Shown: positions 1 through 9,426, counted from the first letter of the stretch. The stretch: DNA of 32,000 bases from Phycisphaera mikurensis NBRC 102666 (GCF_000284115.1 NC_017080.1:3270001-3302000); one strand, 5' to 3'. Program-made: numbers and translations. Notes: generated from the letters alone by a model not told the origin.

Positions 1-291
1 GTGGAGATCACCCACGGCGGCTTCTCCGCCGGCATCACGGCGGAGAAGTTCCGCCCCCACGTGATCCTCGTGGACCTGCACCTGGACACCATCCGCGGCG
101 AGGACGTCGTCAAGCTGGTCCGCTCCACCGACGACCTGCAGATGAGCAAGGTCATCGCGATGAGCTCCAAGCTCACCGACGGGCAGGCGGGGGCGCTGCT
201 CTCGCAGGGCTTCGACGGCTACCTGCGGAAGCCCTTCCACGCCCGCAGCGTCATCGAGCAGATCGAGAAGGCGACCTCCTTCGTCTACTGA
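1..291 (+). CDS. Response regulator receiver (CheY-like) domain protein, 5'-truncated by the window edge
   Basis: The ORF runs from the window edge to TGA at 289-291. The translation HVILVDLHLDT...KVIAMSSK...GFDGYLRKPF shows the phospho-acceptor Asp region, the conserved Ser and the K-P motif of receiver domains. No output domain follows. The GTG at position 1 is probably not the true start. Confidence 0.8.
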   Translation: MEITHGGFSAGITAEKFRPHVILVDLHLDTIRGEDVVKLVRSTDDLQMSKVIAMSSKLTDGQAGALLSQGFDGYLRKPFHARSVIEQIEKATSFVY

Positions 292-319
292 AACGCGCCG
301 ACCTCCGAGGCGCGAAGCG

Positions 320-353
320 GAAGAGCCGGCCGGGCCCCGCCCGCCGGCTCTTC
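320..353 (+). terminator. GC-rich hairpin downstream of the response regulator gene (possible intrinsic terminator, no U-tract)
   Basis: gaagagccggc (320-330) is the exact reverse complement of gccggctcttc (343-353), with a 12-nt loop. It starts 29 nt after the stop codon. It is followed by gcgtgcg, not a T-run. Confidence 0.45.
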
Positions 354-416
354 GCGTGCGCGGCGGGCCGCTGCGCCGCCGCCTTGGAGCCAGCAGCGGC
401 CTGCTAGGTTGCGGCC

Positions 417-2282
417 ATGCCCAGCGGGAACGCCGAACTCCAGGCCGACACGGCCCAACGCCTCGCGGACGCGGGATCCGAGGAGGCCACGGCGGACAGC
501 GAGTTCTACGACCCGATGCCCGCGGGCTACGTCCGCGGCCGTCACCGCTACGTGATGGTTTTCGGCACGGTGATGTCGGGGCTGGGCAAGGGCATCTTCG
601 CCTCCTCCCTGGCGAAGCTGCTGAAAGACAAGGGCCTCACGGTCGCGCCCATCAAGCTCGAGGGGTACCTGAACCTCGACTCCGGGACGCTGTCGCCTTA
701 CCGCCACGGCGAGGTGTTCGTGCTCGACGACGGGCTCGAGACCGACATGGACCTGGGCACGTACGAGCGGCTGCTCGACCAGGACCTCACCCGGCAGAAC
801 TACGCGACGGCCGGCCGCATCTTCCAGGAGGTTCTCAACAAGGAGCGCGCGGGCGACTACCTCGGCCGCGACGTGCAGATGATCCCCCACGTCACCGGCA
901 GCGTGAAGCACATGCTCCGCTCGCTCGCGGTGGAGACCGGGGCGGACGTCGTCTTCATCGAGGTCGGCGGGACCGTCGGCGACTACGAGAACGCCTTCTA
1001 CATCGAAGCCCTGCGGCAGCTGGCCTTCGAGGAGGGGCCCAGCTCGGCCTCGATGGTCGCGCTCACCTACGTGATCGAGCCGCCCGCCCTGGGCGAGCAG
1101 AAGACCAAGGCGGCTCAGCTGGGCCTCAAGAAGCTGCTCGAGGCGGGCGTTCAGCCGCACATCGTGGCGACACGCTCCGCCGAGCCGCTGACCGATCCGG
1201 CCCGCGAGAAGATCGCGATGTTCTCGGGTGTGCCCGTCGCAAACGTCTTCTCGATGCACGACCGCGAGAGCATCTACACGATCCCCGAGGACCTGCACGA
1301 GATCGGGCTCGACACCGAGGTTCTCACGAGGCTGCGGCTGCTCGACCGGGTGAGCGTGGAGAAGGAGGAAGCGGCGCGAGCAAGGTGGCAGCGCTTCGTG
1401 GGCAAGCTCAAGGGGGAGCGGCGGTTCTCGCTGAAGCTCGGCCTCACCGGCAAGTACGCCGCGCTCCGCGACGCGTACGCCTCCGTCGACAAGGCCATCG
1501 AGCACGTCGGCGCCCGCCTCTCCTGCGACATCGACGTCGACTGGCTCGACACCACCACCTTCGAACCCGACGAGGCGGCCGGCCGCCTCGCCGAGATGGA
1601 CGCGGTCATCGTCCCCGGCGGCTTCGGCCAGCGGGGCACCGAGAGCAAGATCGGCTGCGTCCGCCACTGCCGCGAGAGCGGGACGCCGTACCTGGGCATC
1701 TGCCTGGGCTTCCAGATGGCGGTCATCGAGCACGCCCGCCACGTCGCGGGCCTGCCGGGCGCCGGCTCCTCGGAGCTGAGCCCCGGCTGCGAGGACAAGG
1801 TCGTCGACATCCTCCCCGAGCAGAAGGCCATCGAGGGCCTCGGCGGCAACATGCGGCTCGGCGGGCAGTCCGTCCTCGTCCAGCCCGACACGCTCGCGGC
1901 GTTCCTGTACCGCGTCCGCGAGCAGGACGGGGGCGGCGTGAAGGGCGGCGGGCCGCACGAGCCCTTCACGGTGCGCGAGCGCTTCCGCCACCGCTACGAG
2001 GTCGACCCGGCGTACATCCAGCGGCTCGAAGCGGCGGGCCTGGTCTTCTCCGGCCGCCATCCGGTGCAACCCATCATGCAGGTGCTCGAGCTGCCTCCGG
2101 CGCAGCACCCCTTCTTCCTCGCCGGCCAGTTCCACCCGGAGCTGACCAGCCGCCCGCTGCGGCCGCAGCCGATGTTCATGGGCCTCATCGCCGCCGCGAT
2201 CCGCCGCAAGCACCCCGACGCCGCGTCCGACCCCGGCGTCGCGCGGTGGAGCCGCGCGTCCCCCGCACGCACGCCCGCCTGA
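417..2282 (+). CDS. pyrG: CTP synthase (long form)
   Basis: The motifs seen are YVMVFGTVMSGLGKGI, the synthase-domain stretch GEVFVLDDGLETDMDLGTYERLL, and the glutamine amidotransferase motifs PYLGICLGFQ and FHPE. An alternative in-frame ATG at 516 would remove a 33-aa N-terminal extension. Confidence 0.96.
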   Translation: MPSGNAELQADTAQRLADAGSEEATADSEFYDPMPAGYVRGRHRYVMVFGTVMSGLGKGIFASSLAKLLKDKGLTVAPIKLEGYLNLDSGTLSPYRHGEVFVLDDGLETDMDLGTYERLLDQDLTRQNYATAGRIFQEVLNKERAGDYLGRDVQMIPHVTGSVKHMLRSLAVETGADVVFIEVGGTVGDYENAFYIEALRQLAFEEGPSSASMVALTYVIEPPALGEQKTKAAQLGLKKLLEAGVQPHIVATRSAEPLTDPAREKIAMFSGVPVANVFSMHDRESIYTIPEDLHEIGLDTEVLTRLRLLDRVSVEKEEAARARWQRFVGKLKGERRFSLKLGLTGKYAALRDAYASVDKAIEHVGARLSCDIDVDWLDTTTFEPDEAAGRLAEMDAVIVPGGFGQRGTESKIGCVRHCRESGTPYLGICLGFQMAVIEHARHVAGLPGAGSSELSPGCEDKVVDILPEQKAIEGLGGNMRLGGQSVLVQPDTLAAFLYRVREQDGGGVKGGGPHEPFTVRERFRHRYEVDPAYIQRLEAAGLVFSGRHPVQPIMQVLELPPAQHPFFLAGQFHPELTSRPLRPQPMFMGLIAAAIRRKHPDAASDPGVARWSRASPARTPA

Positions 2283-2406
2283 GCCCGGCGGCCGCCGCGC
2301 GTCCTTGCCCACGCCCGCGTTTCGGGGCAACGCCGCGTCCGCGCCCCCGCCGGGGCGTGGAGCAGGCCCGCCGTGCCCGGCACCACCCAAGCGGAGGCAA
2401 CAGCAG

Positions 2407-4236
2407 TCAGGCCCCCGCGCCCGCGGCCGCGGACAGGTACCGGTGCAGGCCCTGGATCACCACGCTGCCCTCGCCCACCGCGGAGGCGACCCGCTTCACC
2501 GAGTCGGCCCGCACGTCGCCGACGGCGAAGAAGCCCGGGCGGCTGGTCTCGCCGATGTGCGGGTCACGCTTCAGCGGCCAGGTGCACACGCTCCGGCCGT
2601 CCTCTTCCCGGGCGTGGGCGTCCTTGCCGGTGCGGAGGAAGCCCTTCTCGTCGCGCTCCGCGACGCCTCTGGCGAAGTCGCTGTTGGGGGTGGCGCCGAT
2701 CATCGTGAACACGTGGGCGATGTCGCGGTCCTCGGTCACCTTGCCGGCCTCGCCGTCCACCTCCCAGGTGATCGACTCCAGGCGACCCTCGCCGTGCAGC
2801 CCCGCGATCTGCGTCTTCCTGTGCAGCGTGATGTCGCGGCTGGCCTCGATCCGGCGGAGCAGGTAGTCGCTCATCGAGTCCGCGAGAGAGTCACCGCGGA
2901 TGAGCACGTGCACGTGCTTGGCGCGGCGGGAGAGGAACACCGCGGCCTGGCCGGCGGAGTTGCCTCCGCCCACGACCGCCACCTCCTCGTTCTCGCAGAG
3001 CGCCGCCTCCACGGCCGTCGCGGCGTAGTGCAGGCCGCATCCCTCGAACTCCGCCTCGCGGTCCAGGCCCAGCTTGCGGTAGGCCGCGCCGCTGGCGGCC
3101 ACCACGCTGCGGGCACGCACCGGGGCGCCGTGGTCGAGGTGGAGGAGAAAGTGGGGCGCGCCCTCGCCGGCGTTGACGCCGGCGGAGCCCTCCGGCGGCT
3201 CCGCGTCCCGCTCCTCCGCGTCGGGGCGGCCGAGCGCCTCCACCCGCTCCACCCGCCGCGGCAGCGCCATCACCGCCCCGAACTTCTCCGCCTGGGCCTG
3301 CGCCCGCGCCGCCAGCTCGCCGCCGGAGAGCCCCAGCGGGAAGCCCAGGTAGTTCTCGATCTTCGACGAGGTGCCGGCCTGCCCCCCCGCCGCCACGAGC
3401 TCCAGCACGACCGTGCGGAGGCCCTCGCTGGCCGCGTACACCGCCGCGGCGAGCCCGCCGGGGCCGGCGCCGATGACGGCCACGTCGAAGACGTCCCCGG
3501 GGTCGAGCTCGGCGTCGAGCCCGAGGCAGCAGGCGACCTCCTTGAGCGAGGGGCACGACAGCACGCGGTCGCCGGCGCAGACCACCACGGGGCAGTCCCG
3601 GGGCGTGAGGCCGTGCTTCTCGAGCACCGCGGCGGCCTCGGCGCCGCCGTCGCCATCGGCGTGGAGCACCTGGTGCGGGTGCCCGTTGCGGGAGAGGAAA
3701 CGCTCCAGCTCCAGCGTCCGCCCGTCCCCCCGCTCGCCGACGAGCAGGACGCCGCCCTGGGCGTTCTCGATGAGGCCGATCCGCCGGAGGATGAACGCGC
3801 GGAGCACCACGTCGCCGATGTCCGGCTCGGCGGCGAGCATCTCGCGGAAGCGGGCCCGGGGCACGCGGATCACCTCGCCGCCGCCGCCACCGAGCCGGCC
3901 GGAAACGAGGATCTTGCGGTCGTTGAAGAGGTCCAGCTCGCCGGTGAACTGCCGCTGCGCGTGCGTGGTGATCACCTCGATCTCGCCGTCGCGGTGGAGA
4001 GCCTCGGGGTCGAAGATCTCGATGCAGCCCGAGACCAGGACGTAGAAGTCGACCGACCGCTGGCCGCGTTCGAAGACCAGCACGCCCTCGCCGTGCCGCT
4101 CGCGCTCGCCGAAAGCCGCCGCCCGCTGGATCTGGTCTTCGCTGAGCTGCGGGAAGGCGAAGCGCTCGTTGCCCTCCAGCGTCGCGGTGGCGGAGCCGTG
4201 GGGTGCGTGACGGGCCGGCCTCGGGCTTGCGCTCAT
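2407..4236 (-). CDS. Cyclic-nucleotide-binding domain / glutaredoxin-like domain / thioredoxin-reductase-like FAD-NAD(P) flavoprotein (lacks redox CxxC)
   Basis: The N-terminal cNMP-binding fold shows in FYVLVSGCIEIFD...FTGELDLF. FAD (VAVIGAGPGGLAAAVYA) and NAD(P) (VAVVGGGNSAGQAA) Rossmann motifs are present, and GFFAVGDV lies near the C-terminus. I chose the ATG at 4236 (cat at 4234-4236) because a GAGGAT Shine-Dalgarno-like sequence lies upstream. The ORF extends to 4329 but would then overlap the upstream gene. Confidence 0.9.
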   Translation of the reverse strand: MSASPRPARHAPHGSATATLEGNERFAFPQLSEDQIQRAAAFGERERHGEGVLVFERGQRSVDFYVLVSGCIEIFDPEALHRDGEIEVITTHAQRQFTGELDLFNDRKILVSGRLGGGGGEVIRVPRARFREMLAAEPDIGDVVLRAFILRRIGLIENAQGGVLLVGERGDGRTLELERFLSRNGHPHQVLHADGDGGAEAAAVLEKHGLTPRDCPVVVCAGDRVLSCPSLKEVACCLGLDAELDPGDVFDVAVIGAGPGGLAAAVYAASEGLRTVVLELVAAGGQAGTSSKIENYLGFPLGLSGGELAARAQAQAEKFGAVMALPRRVERVEALGRPDAEERDAEPPEGSAGVNAGEGAPHFLLHLDHGAPVRARSVVAASGAAYRKLGLDREAEFEGCGLHYAATAVEAALCENEEVAVVGGGNSAGQAAVFLSRRAKHVHVLIRGDSLADSMSDYLLRRIEASRDITLHRKTQIAGLHGEGRLESITWEVDGEAGKVTEDRDIAHVFTMIGATPNSDFARGVAERDEKGFLRTGKDAHAREEDGRSVCTWPLKRDPHIGETSRPGFFAVGDVRADSVKRVASAVGEGSVVIQGLHRYLSAAAGAGA

Positions 4237-4252
4237 GGGTGAGGGTAGATCC

Positions 4253-4606
4253 TCACTCGGCGGCGACCGCCGGGAGGCCGTCGCCGCCGGCGAGCATCGC
4301 CCGCTCGAGCACCTCCGAGGGCGACGCATCGCTCCGGGCGTGCGCGAACACCGCGTCCAGCGCTGCGCCGCCGGCCGCGTCGAGCTCGCGGATGGCGCCG
4401 TCGAGCCTCCGCTGCGTCGTGGGGGAGGGCCGGTCCGCGTCCTCCACGAACGCGACCGCCGCCGAGCCGAGGGCGCCGGAGAGGTCGTCGAGGTGCGTGG
4501 AGGTCAGCCCGAGCCTCTCGCCCTGCTGCTGCCACCGCTCGAACCGCAGCGCGAACCACGAGAGCTTCGGCTGTGCATCGGTGGGCGGCCCCGGTTCAAA
4601 TTCCAT
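4253..4606 (-). CDS. Hypothetical protein (about 117 aa, helical, no motif recognised)
   Basis: The ORF has normal amino-acid composition. It sits between the ACT gene (40-bp gap) and the flavoprotein gene (16-bp gap). I chose the ATG at 4606 because GAGAGGAA lies upstream. The longer start at 4663 would overlap the ACT gene. Confidence 0.6.
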   Translation of the reverse strand: MEFEPGPPTDAQPKLSWFALRFERWQQQGERLGLTSTHLDDLSGALGSAAVAFVEDADRPSPTTQRRLDGAIRELDAAGGAALDAVFAHARSDASPSEVLERAMLAGGDGLPAVAAE

Positions 4607-4646
4607 ACGGCCGATTCCTCTCGAACGCCCCCATCCGCCGACGGCT

Positions 4647-5147
4647 TTATACCGCCCGGCCACCGGTCGCGTTCTCGCCGAGGTCGTTCTCCGCGAGCAG
4701 CTCGTAGTGCCGCCGCCGCAGCAGCTGCCCCGCGAGCACGATGTCGTCGGTCTGCAGCGCGATCACGGCGCGGCCGTGCGGGCGGACCAGCAGCGGGTAC
4801 GCGTAGTGGATGTTCAGCTCGGCTTGCACCAGCACCTGGCACACGTCGGGCAGGGAATCCTCCTGCGGGAGCTCCACCGCCACGACGTCGCTCTCCGAGC
4901 AGGCGTGCTCGCCGCGGTAGAGCAGCCGCCGGCAGAGCTCCGAACGCGAGGTCAGCAGGCGGACCACCGCGTGGTCCGCGGAATCGACCACCGAGAGCCC
5001 CGCGAGCGTGCAGTGCGGCTGGTCGCGGAACATCTCCAGCAGGTCCCGCAGCCGGCCGACGCGGTTGTCCAGGAAGACGCTGAACTGCACGTTCCGCGGC
5101 GGCTCATATCCCTGCGCCGTCGGGACCTCGGTTCGCGTCAAGGGCAT
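4647..5147 (-). CDS. ACT-domain-like small-ligand-binding protein (about 166 aa, apparently two ACT-like halves)
   Basis: FSVFLDNRVGRLRDLLEMF resembles an ACT beta-alpha-beta start. A second similar half is VAVELPQEDSLPDVCQVLVQAELNIHYAY. The start is the ATG at 5147 (cat at 5145-5147). The upstream part of the ORF track entry is Arg/Pro-rich and looks non-coding. Confidence 0.7.
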   Translation of the reverse strand: MPLTRTEVPTAQGYEPPRNVQFSVFLDNRVGRLRDLLEMFRDQPHCTLAGLSVVDSADHAVVRLLTSRSELCRRLLYRGEHACSESDVVAVELPQEDSLPDVCQVLVQAELNIHYAYPLLVRPHGRAVIALQTDDIVLAGQLLRRRHYELLAENDLGENATGGRAV

Positions 5148-5281
5148 GAGACACAGCCTACGGCTGCGCCCCGGGGGGAGATTCCGACGCGAGGGGCGGG
5201 GCGATCGGACGGGTCCGCGGCTCCGGGGATCCCGGGCTCGTCCACCTCCTTCCGAGGTCGCGGGCATCGCGGGCCTCGGGC

Positions 5282-6022
5282 GTGGGAGGTAGCGTCTTGC
5301 CCGTGCGTGCCGAGAACTCCGAGACGCCGACGCCGACGCCCCACGAGCAGCCGCACCGCACGCAGCGGGCGGGGTGGCTGCGGGCGGCGGTGCTCGGCGG
5401 CAACGACGGCGTGGTGTCGGTGGCGAGCGTGGTGGTGGGCGTGGCCAGCGGCGGGGCCGACGCCGAGACGATCGCTCTGGCGGGGACGGCGGCGCTCGTG
5501 GCGGGCGCGGTGTCGATGGCGGCGGGCGAGTACGTGAGCGTGCGGAGCCAGGCGGACCTGGAGGCGGCGGAGCTGGAGCTGGAGCGGCGGGCGCTCGTGG
5601 ACCACCCCGGCGAGGAGCTCGACGAGCTGGCGGCGGTGTACGAGGGCCGGGGGCTGAGGCCGGAGCTCGCGCGCGAGGTGGCGGCGGCGCTCACGGCCCA
5701 TGATGCGCTGGCCGCCCACGCCCGCGACGAGATGGGCATCAGCGACGCCCTCGCGGCGCGGCCGACGGTGGCCGCGGCGGCGTCGGCCGCGGCCTTCGTG
5801 GCCGGCGGGGTGCTGCCGCTGCTCGCGGCGGTGCTCACGCCGCACGACTGGACCTTCTGGCTCGTCCCCGCGGCGACGCTGCTGACGCTGGCCGGGCTCG
5901 GCGGGCTGGCCGGGCACGCCGGCGGCGCGAGCGTGCTGCGCGGGGCCTGGCGGGTGACTTTCTGGGGCGCGGCGGCGATGGCCCTGACCGCGGCGGTGGG
6001 CCGGCTCTTCGGCGTCGGCTGA
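5282..6022 (+). CDS. VIT1/CCC1-family iron/manganese transporter
   Basis: Family-typical motifs are WLRAAVLGGNDGVVSVASVVVGVA, MAAGEYVSV and a central acidic helix (EAAELELERRAL...PGEELDELAAVYEGRGL), followed by C-terminal TM helices. The start codon is uncertain: GTG at 5282 or nearby TTG/GTG codons. Confidence 0.88.
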   Translation: MGGSVLPVRAENSETPTPTPHEQPHRTQRAGWLRAAVLGGNDGVVSVASVVVGVASGGADAETIALAGTAALVAGAVSMAAGEYVSVRSQADLEAAELELERRALVDHPGEELDELAAVYEGRGLRPELAREVAAALTAHDALAAHARDEMGISDALAARPTVAAAASAAAFVAGGVLPLLAAVLTPHDWTFWLVPAATLLTLAGLGGLAGHAGGASVLRGAWRVTFWGAAAMALTAAVGRLFGVG

Positions 6023-6024
6023 AA

Positions 6025-6070
6025 CCGCGGACCGCCGCGCGGAACCGCTCCGAACCGCGACGGTCCGCGG
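6025..6070. terminator. Hairpin between convergent VIT and dus genes (possible bidirectional terminator)
   Basis: ccgcggacc (6025-6033) is the reverse complement of ggtccgcgg (6062-6070), with a 28-nt loop. The loop holds a threefold aaccgc direct repeat. There is no U-tract. Confidence 0.3.
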
Positions 6071-6084
6071 ATCTCCGCGACGCC

Positions 6085-7257
6085 TCAGCCGCAGGCGAGC
6101 AGCGCATCGCCCGCGTCCACCGCGGCGGGCGCCTCCGGCGGCAGCGACGCGCGCGTCGGCACGCCCGGGCCGTCGGCCTCGTAGAAGTCCGCGAGCACCG
6201 CCTCCCACTCCGCGAGGTTCTTCACGCGGATGAACCGCTGGCGGATCGCGGGCCCGTCGAGGTGGTGCCGGCTGAAGCGGATGCCGAACTTGCGCATCGT
6301 CCGCCCGGCGTGCTGCTCGCCGTCGCGGGCGACCGCCAGGGCGAAGTGCTCCCGCAGCACGTCGCGCTGCTGGAAGACCGTCGGCGGCCGCAGCGCATCC
6401 AGGTCGACCGGCTCGCCGGCCCGCATCCGCCCCGCCGCCCGTTCGGCCGCCACGGAGCGGGCTTGGCGGAACACCCAGGGGTTGCCGATGCAGCCGCGGG
6501 CGACGCTGACCCAGTCCACGCCGGTGCCGTCGAGCATCGCGAAGACGTCGGCCGCCGTCCAGACGTCGCCGGAGCCGCCGAGGACGAAGCGGGACCCGTC
6601 CGCGGGCCCGTCGAAGAATGCCCCGAGCCGGTACCGCCGGGCGATCTCCCGCAGCCGCGGCCGGTGGCCGGGGCCCACGTACTTCTGCTGCACCGTGCGG
6701 CTGTGGACCGTCGCCCCGGAGAGCCCCAGCTCCATCGCCCCCTCGAACACGCGGGCGAACGCTGCTTCGGCCCCGGGCGAATCGTCGTAGCCGCGACGCA
6801 GCTTCACCGTCACCGGCACCTCGGACCCGACCGCGTCCATCGTCGCGCGGAGGATGTCCAGCGCCTCCTCGGGCACCGAGAGCAGGTGCCCGCCGCGGGC
6901 CTTCTTCTTGATCTTCTTCACCGGGCAGGCGAGGTTCACGTCGACCACGTCGTAGCCGAGCTTCACGAGGATCCTCGCGCCCTCCGCGAGCTCGTCGGGG
7001 TGCGAGCCCATCAGCTGGCCCGCGATCGGGGCGTCGGGGCCGCGGTCGTCCGCGTCGAGTTCGGCCGCGGCGAGGCCCTTCCCGCCGTTCACGAGGAAGC
7101 GGTCGAGCATCGCCTCGGTGACGCAGAAGGGGCAGCCGTGGCGGCGGGCGATCCGCCGCATCGACGCGTCGGAGTAGCCGGCCAGCCCCGCCTGGAAGAA
7201 GGGCGCGGCGACGGGCACGGCCGCCGGGCCGCCGGGTTGTCCGCCGAGCTTCAGCAC
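6085..7257 (-). CDS. dus: tRNA-dihydrouridine synthase
   Basis: Typical Dus motifs are LAGYSDASMRRIARRHG, PIAGQLMGSHPDEL and DVNLACPVKKI (catalytic Cys context), with a TIM-barrel layout and a C-terminal helical domain. The start is the GTG at 7257. Confidence 0.92.
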   Translation of the reverse strand: MLKLGGQPGGPAAVPVAAPFFQAGLAGYSDASMRRIARRHGCPFCVTEAMLDRFLVNGGKGLAAAELDADDRGPDAPIAGQLMGSHPDELAEGARILVKLGYDVVDVNLACPVKKIKKKARGGHLLSVPEEALDILRATMDAVGSEVPVTVKLRRGYDDSPGAEAAFARVFEGAMELGLSGATVHSRTVQQKYVGPGHRPRLREIARRYRLGAFFDGPADGSRFVLGGSGDVWTAADVFAMLDGTGVDWVSVARGCIGNPWVFRQARSVAAERAAGRMRAGEPVDLDALRPPTVFQQRDVLREHFALAVARDGEQHAGRTMRKFGIRFSRHHLDGPAIRQRFIRVKNLAEWEAVLADFYEADGPGVPTRASLPPEAPAAVDAGDALLACG

Positions 7258-7280
7258 GCGGGCATGCTAAACCCGCGGCG

Positions 7281-7727
7281 ATGCGTGCCCTCCCCGCAAG
7301 CCTCCTGCTCGCCGCCGTCCTGCTCCCCGGCTGCGGCGTCGCCCGCCCCGCCGGCTGGTCGGAGACCCGCGCCCGGCTCGCGGCCGCCCGCTACCCCGAA
7401 CCGGCCGCGGCCGACGCGGAGCGGGGGGCGCCGCTCCGCGTCGACGTCGTCCGCGACGGCGGCAGCCTCTACCTCATCAACCGCGAGCCCCGCCGTCTCG
7501 ACGGCGCCCGCCTCTGGTTGAATCAGCAGTGGGCGGGCGACCTGGAGCGTGTGCCGATCGGACCGGGGGCGTGGATCCCGCTCGACCGCTTCATCAACCG
7601 CCACGGCGAGCCCTTCCCGCGGGGGCGTTTCCTGCGGCCCGACCTCGCCAAGCCCCTCATCCTCGCCGAGCTCGTGCCGGCGGGCTCGGCCACGCTGCGG
7701 CCGCTGACGGTGATCCCGGAGGACTGA
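7281..7727 (+). CDS. Hypothetical lipoprotein
   Basis: The signal peptide has a lipobox (MRALPASLLLAAVLLPG|C). The mature-part composition is normal. No domain was recognised. Confidence 0.7.
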   Translation: MRALPASLLLAAVLLPGCGVARPAGWSETRARLAAARYPEPAAADAERGAPLRVDVVRDGGSLYLINREPRRLDGARLWLNQQWAGDLERVPIGPGAWIPLDRFINRHGEPFPRGRFLRPDLAKPLILAELVPAGSATLRPLTVIPED

Positions 7728-7794
7728 AGGCGGAGCCGCAGCGCTCCGCTGGATCGCCGTGCGACCGGGCCCGCGGCACCCGTAACCTCTCCGC

Positions 7795-9426
7795 ATGCCC
7801 GACGCACCCGCCTCCCACGCCGCCCCCACGCCCTACACCCCCCGCGACGCGGCGGCGCTGTGGAAGCGGTACCAGAACCTGCTGGTCCGCGTGGCCTCGG
7901 TGGGCCTCTCGCTGGACGTCTCGCGCATGGAGCCGGCCGATGGCTTCTGGAAGCGGATGGAGCCGCGCATGCAGGAAGCCTTCGCCGCGATGGAGAAGCT
8001 CGAGGAGGGCGCCATCGCCAACCCCGACGAGGGCCGGAGGGTCGGCCACTACTGGCTGCGCGACCCCGGGCTCGCGCCCGAGCAGGAGCTGACCGAGGCG
8101 ATCGAGCGGACGATCCACGACGTGAAGGGCTTCGCCGCGAGCGTCCACAGCAAGGAGATCGCTCCGCCGGACGAGAAGGCGCCCCGCTTCACCGACCTGC
8201 TGTCGATCGGCATCGGCGGCTCGGCGCTGGGCCCGCAGCTGGTCGCCGACGCGCTGGGGGTGAAGCGGGACAAGATGAAGGTCCACTTCATCGACAACAC
8301 CGACACCGACGGCATCCGCCGGACGCTGGAGAACCTGGGCTCGCGGCTGAAGTCGACGCTGGTCCTGGTCGTCAGCAAGTCCGGCGGCACGCCGGAGCCG
8401 CGCAACGGCATGGTGGAAGCGAAAGCCGCCTTCCGGCGAGCGGGCCTGGACTTCGCGAAGCAGGCCGTCGCCATCACCGGCGAGGGCAGCAAACTCGACG
8501 GGATCGCCAAGAGCGAGGGCTGGCTGCGCCGCTTCCCGATGTTCGACTGGGTCGGCGGCCGCACCTCGGTCATGGCCACCGTGGGCCTCGTGCCCGCGGC
8601 ACTGCAGGGCATCGACGTCGATCGCTTCCTGCTGGGGGCCAGGAAGATGGACGCCGCCACGCGGAACCCCAAGACGGCGAAGAACCCCGCCGCGATGCTC
8701 GCGCTCATGTGGTTCCACGCCACCGGCGGCACCGGCGAGAAGGACATGGTCGTGCTGCCCTACAAGGACCGCCTGCTGCTGCTCAGCCGCTACCTGCAGC
8801 AGCTGGTGATGGAGAGCCTCGGCAAGGAGCTCGACCTCGACGGCAACGTCGTGCACCAGGGCATCGCCGTCTACGGCAACAAGGGCTCGACCGACCAGCA
8901 CGCCTACGTGCAGCAGCTGCGCGACGGCACGAACAACTTCTTCGCGACCTTCGTGACGGTGCTGCAGGACACCCCGCGCGCCGGCCGTGACCCGGTCATC
9001 GACGTCGATGGTGGCGAGCACGTCACCACCTCCGGGGACTACCTCACCGGCTTCTATCTCGGCACGCGCAAGGCCCTCTACGAGAACGGCCGCGAGTCGA
9101 TGACGATCACGCTGGACAAGCTCGACGCCCAGAGCCTCGGCGCCGTCATCGCGCTCTACGAGCGGGCCGTCGGCCTCTACGCCTCGCTGGTGAACGTCAA
9201 CGCGTACCACCAGCCCGGGGTCGAGGCCGGCAAGAAGGCCGCGGCCGGCGTGCTCGACCTGCAGAACGCCCTGCTCGACCGGCTCACCGACAAGGCGCAG
9301 AGCGCCGAAGCCCTGGCCGCGGCCGCGGGCCAGCCGGATCAGGCCGAGACCGCGCTGCACCTGCTCGAGCACCTCGCCGCCAACAAGCGGATCGCCAAGC
9401 GGGCGGGCAAGTACCTGAAAGCCTGA
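7795..9426 (+). CDS. pgi: Glucose-6-phosphate isomerase
   Basis: The 543-aa ORF contains [38 protein letters not shown] and [15 protein letters not shown], all typical of the PGI family. Confidence 0.96.
   Translation: MPDAPASHAAPTPYTPRDAAALWKRYQNLLVRVASVGLSLDVSRMEPADGFWKRMEPRMQEAFAAMEKLEEGAIANPDEGRRVGHYWLRDPGLAPEQELTEAIERTIHDVKGFAASVHSKEIAPPDEKAPRFTDLLSIGIGGSALGPQLVADALGVKRDKMKVHFIDNTDTDGIRRTLENLGSRLKSTLVLVVSKSGGTPEPRNGMVEAKAAFRRAGLDFAKQAVAITGEGSKLDGIAKSEGWLRRFPMFDWVGGRTSVMATVGLVPAALQGIDVDRFLLGARKMDAATRNPKTAKNPAAMLALMWFHATGGTGEKDMVVLPYKDRLLLLSRYLQQLVMESLGKELDLDGNVVHQGIAVYGNKGSTDQHAYVQQLRDGTNNFFATFVTVLQDTPRAGRDPVIDVDGGEHVTTSGDYLTGFYLGTRKALYENGRESMTITLDKLDAQSLGAVIALYERAVGLYASLVNVNAYHQPGVEAGKKAAAGVLDLQNALLDRLTDKAQSAEALAAAAGQPDQAETALHLLEHLAANKRIAKRAGKYLKA

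Noticed and set aside
4591-4606. The T-loop-like string ggttcaaattcc, suggestive of a tRNA
   Set aside because: The flanking bases do not form a T-stem, and no acceptor or anticodon arms are present. The sequence is the antisense of the first codons (ATG GAA TTT GAA CCG) of the 4253..4606 CDS.
5148-5281. A possible yybP-ykoY (Mn2+) riboswitch upstream of the VIT1-family transporter, prompted by ggggggagatt at about 5173-5183
   Set aside because: Only a loose resemblance to the conserved GGGGAGUAG loop is present. I could not find the second conserved loop or the four-helix arrangement by eye. An Infernal search with the Rfam yybP-ykoY model would be needed; a hit above the gathering threshold would overturn this rejection.
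6060-6073. The recurring motif gacggtccgcgg(cc), also seen near 12320 and 28281, as a possible dispersed repeat or binding site
   Set aside because: With this base composition, many exact 12-14-mer coincidences are expected by chance in 64 kb of two-strand sequence. My rough estimate is on the order of a hundred 14-mer pairs. Two of the three occurrences are inside coding sequence.
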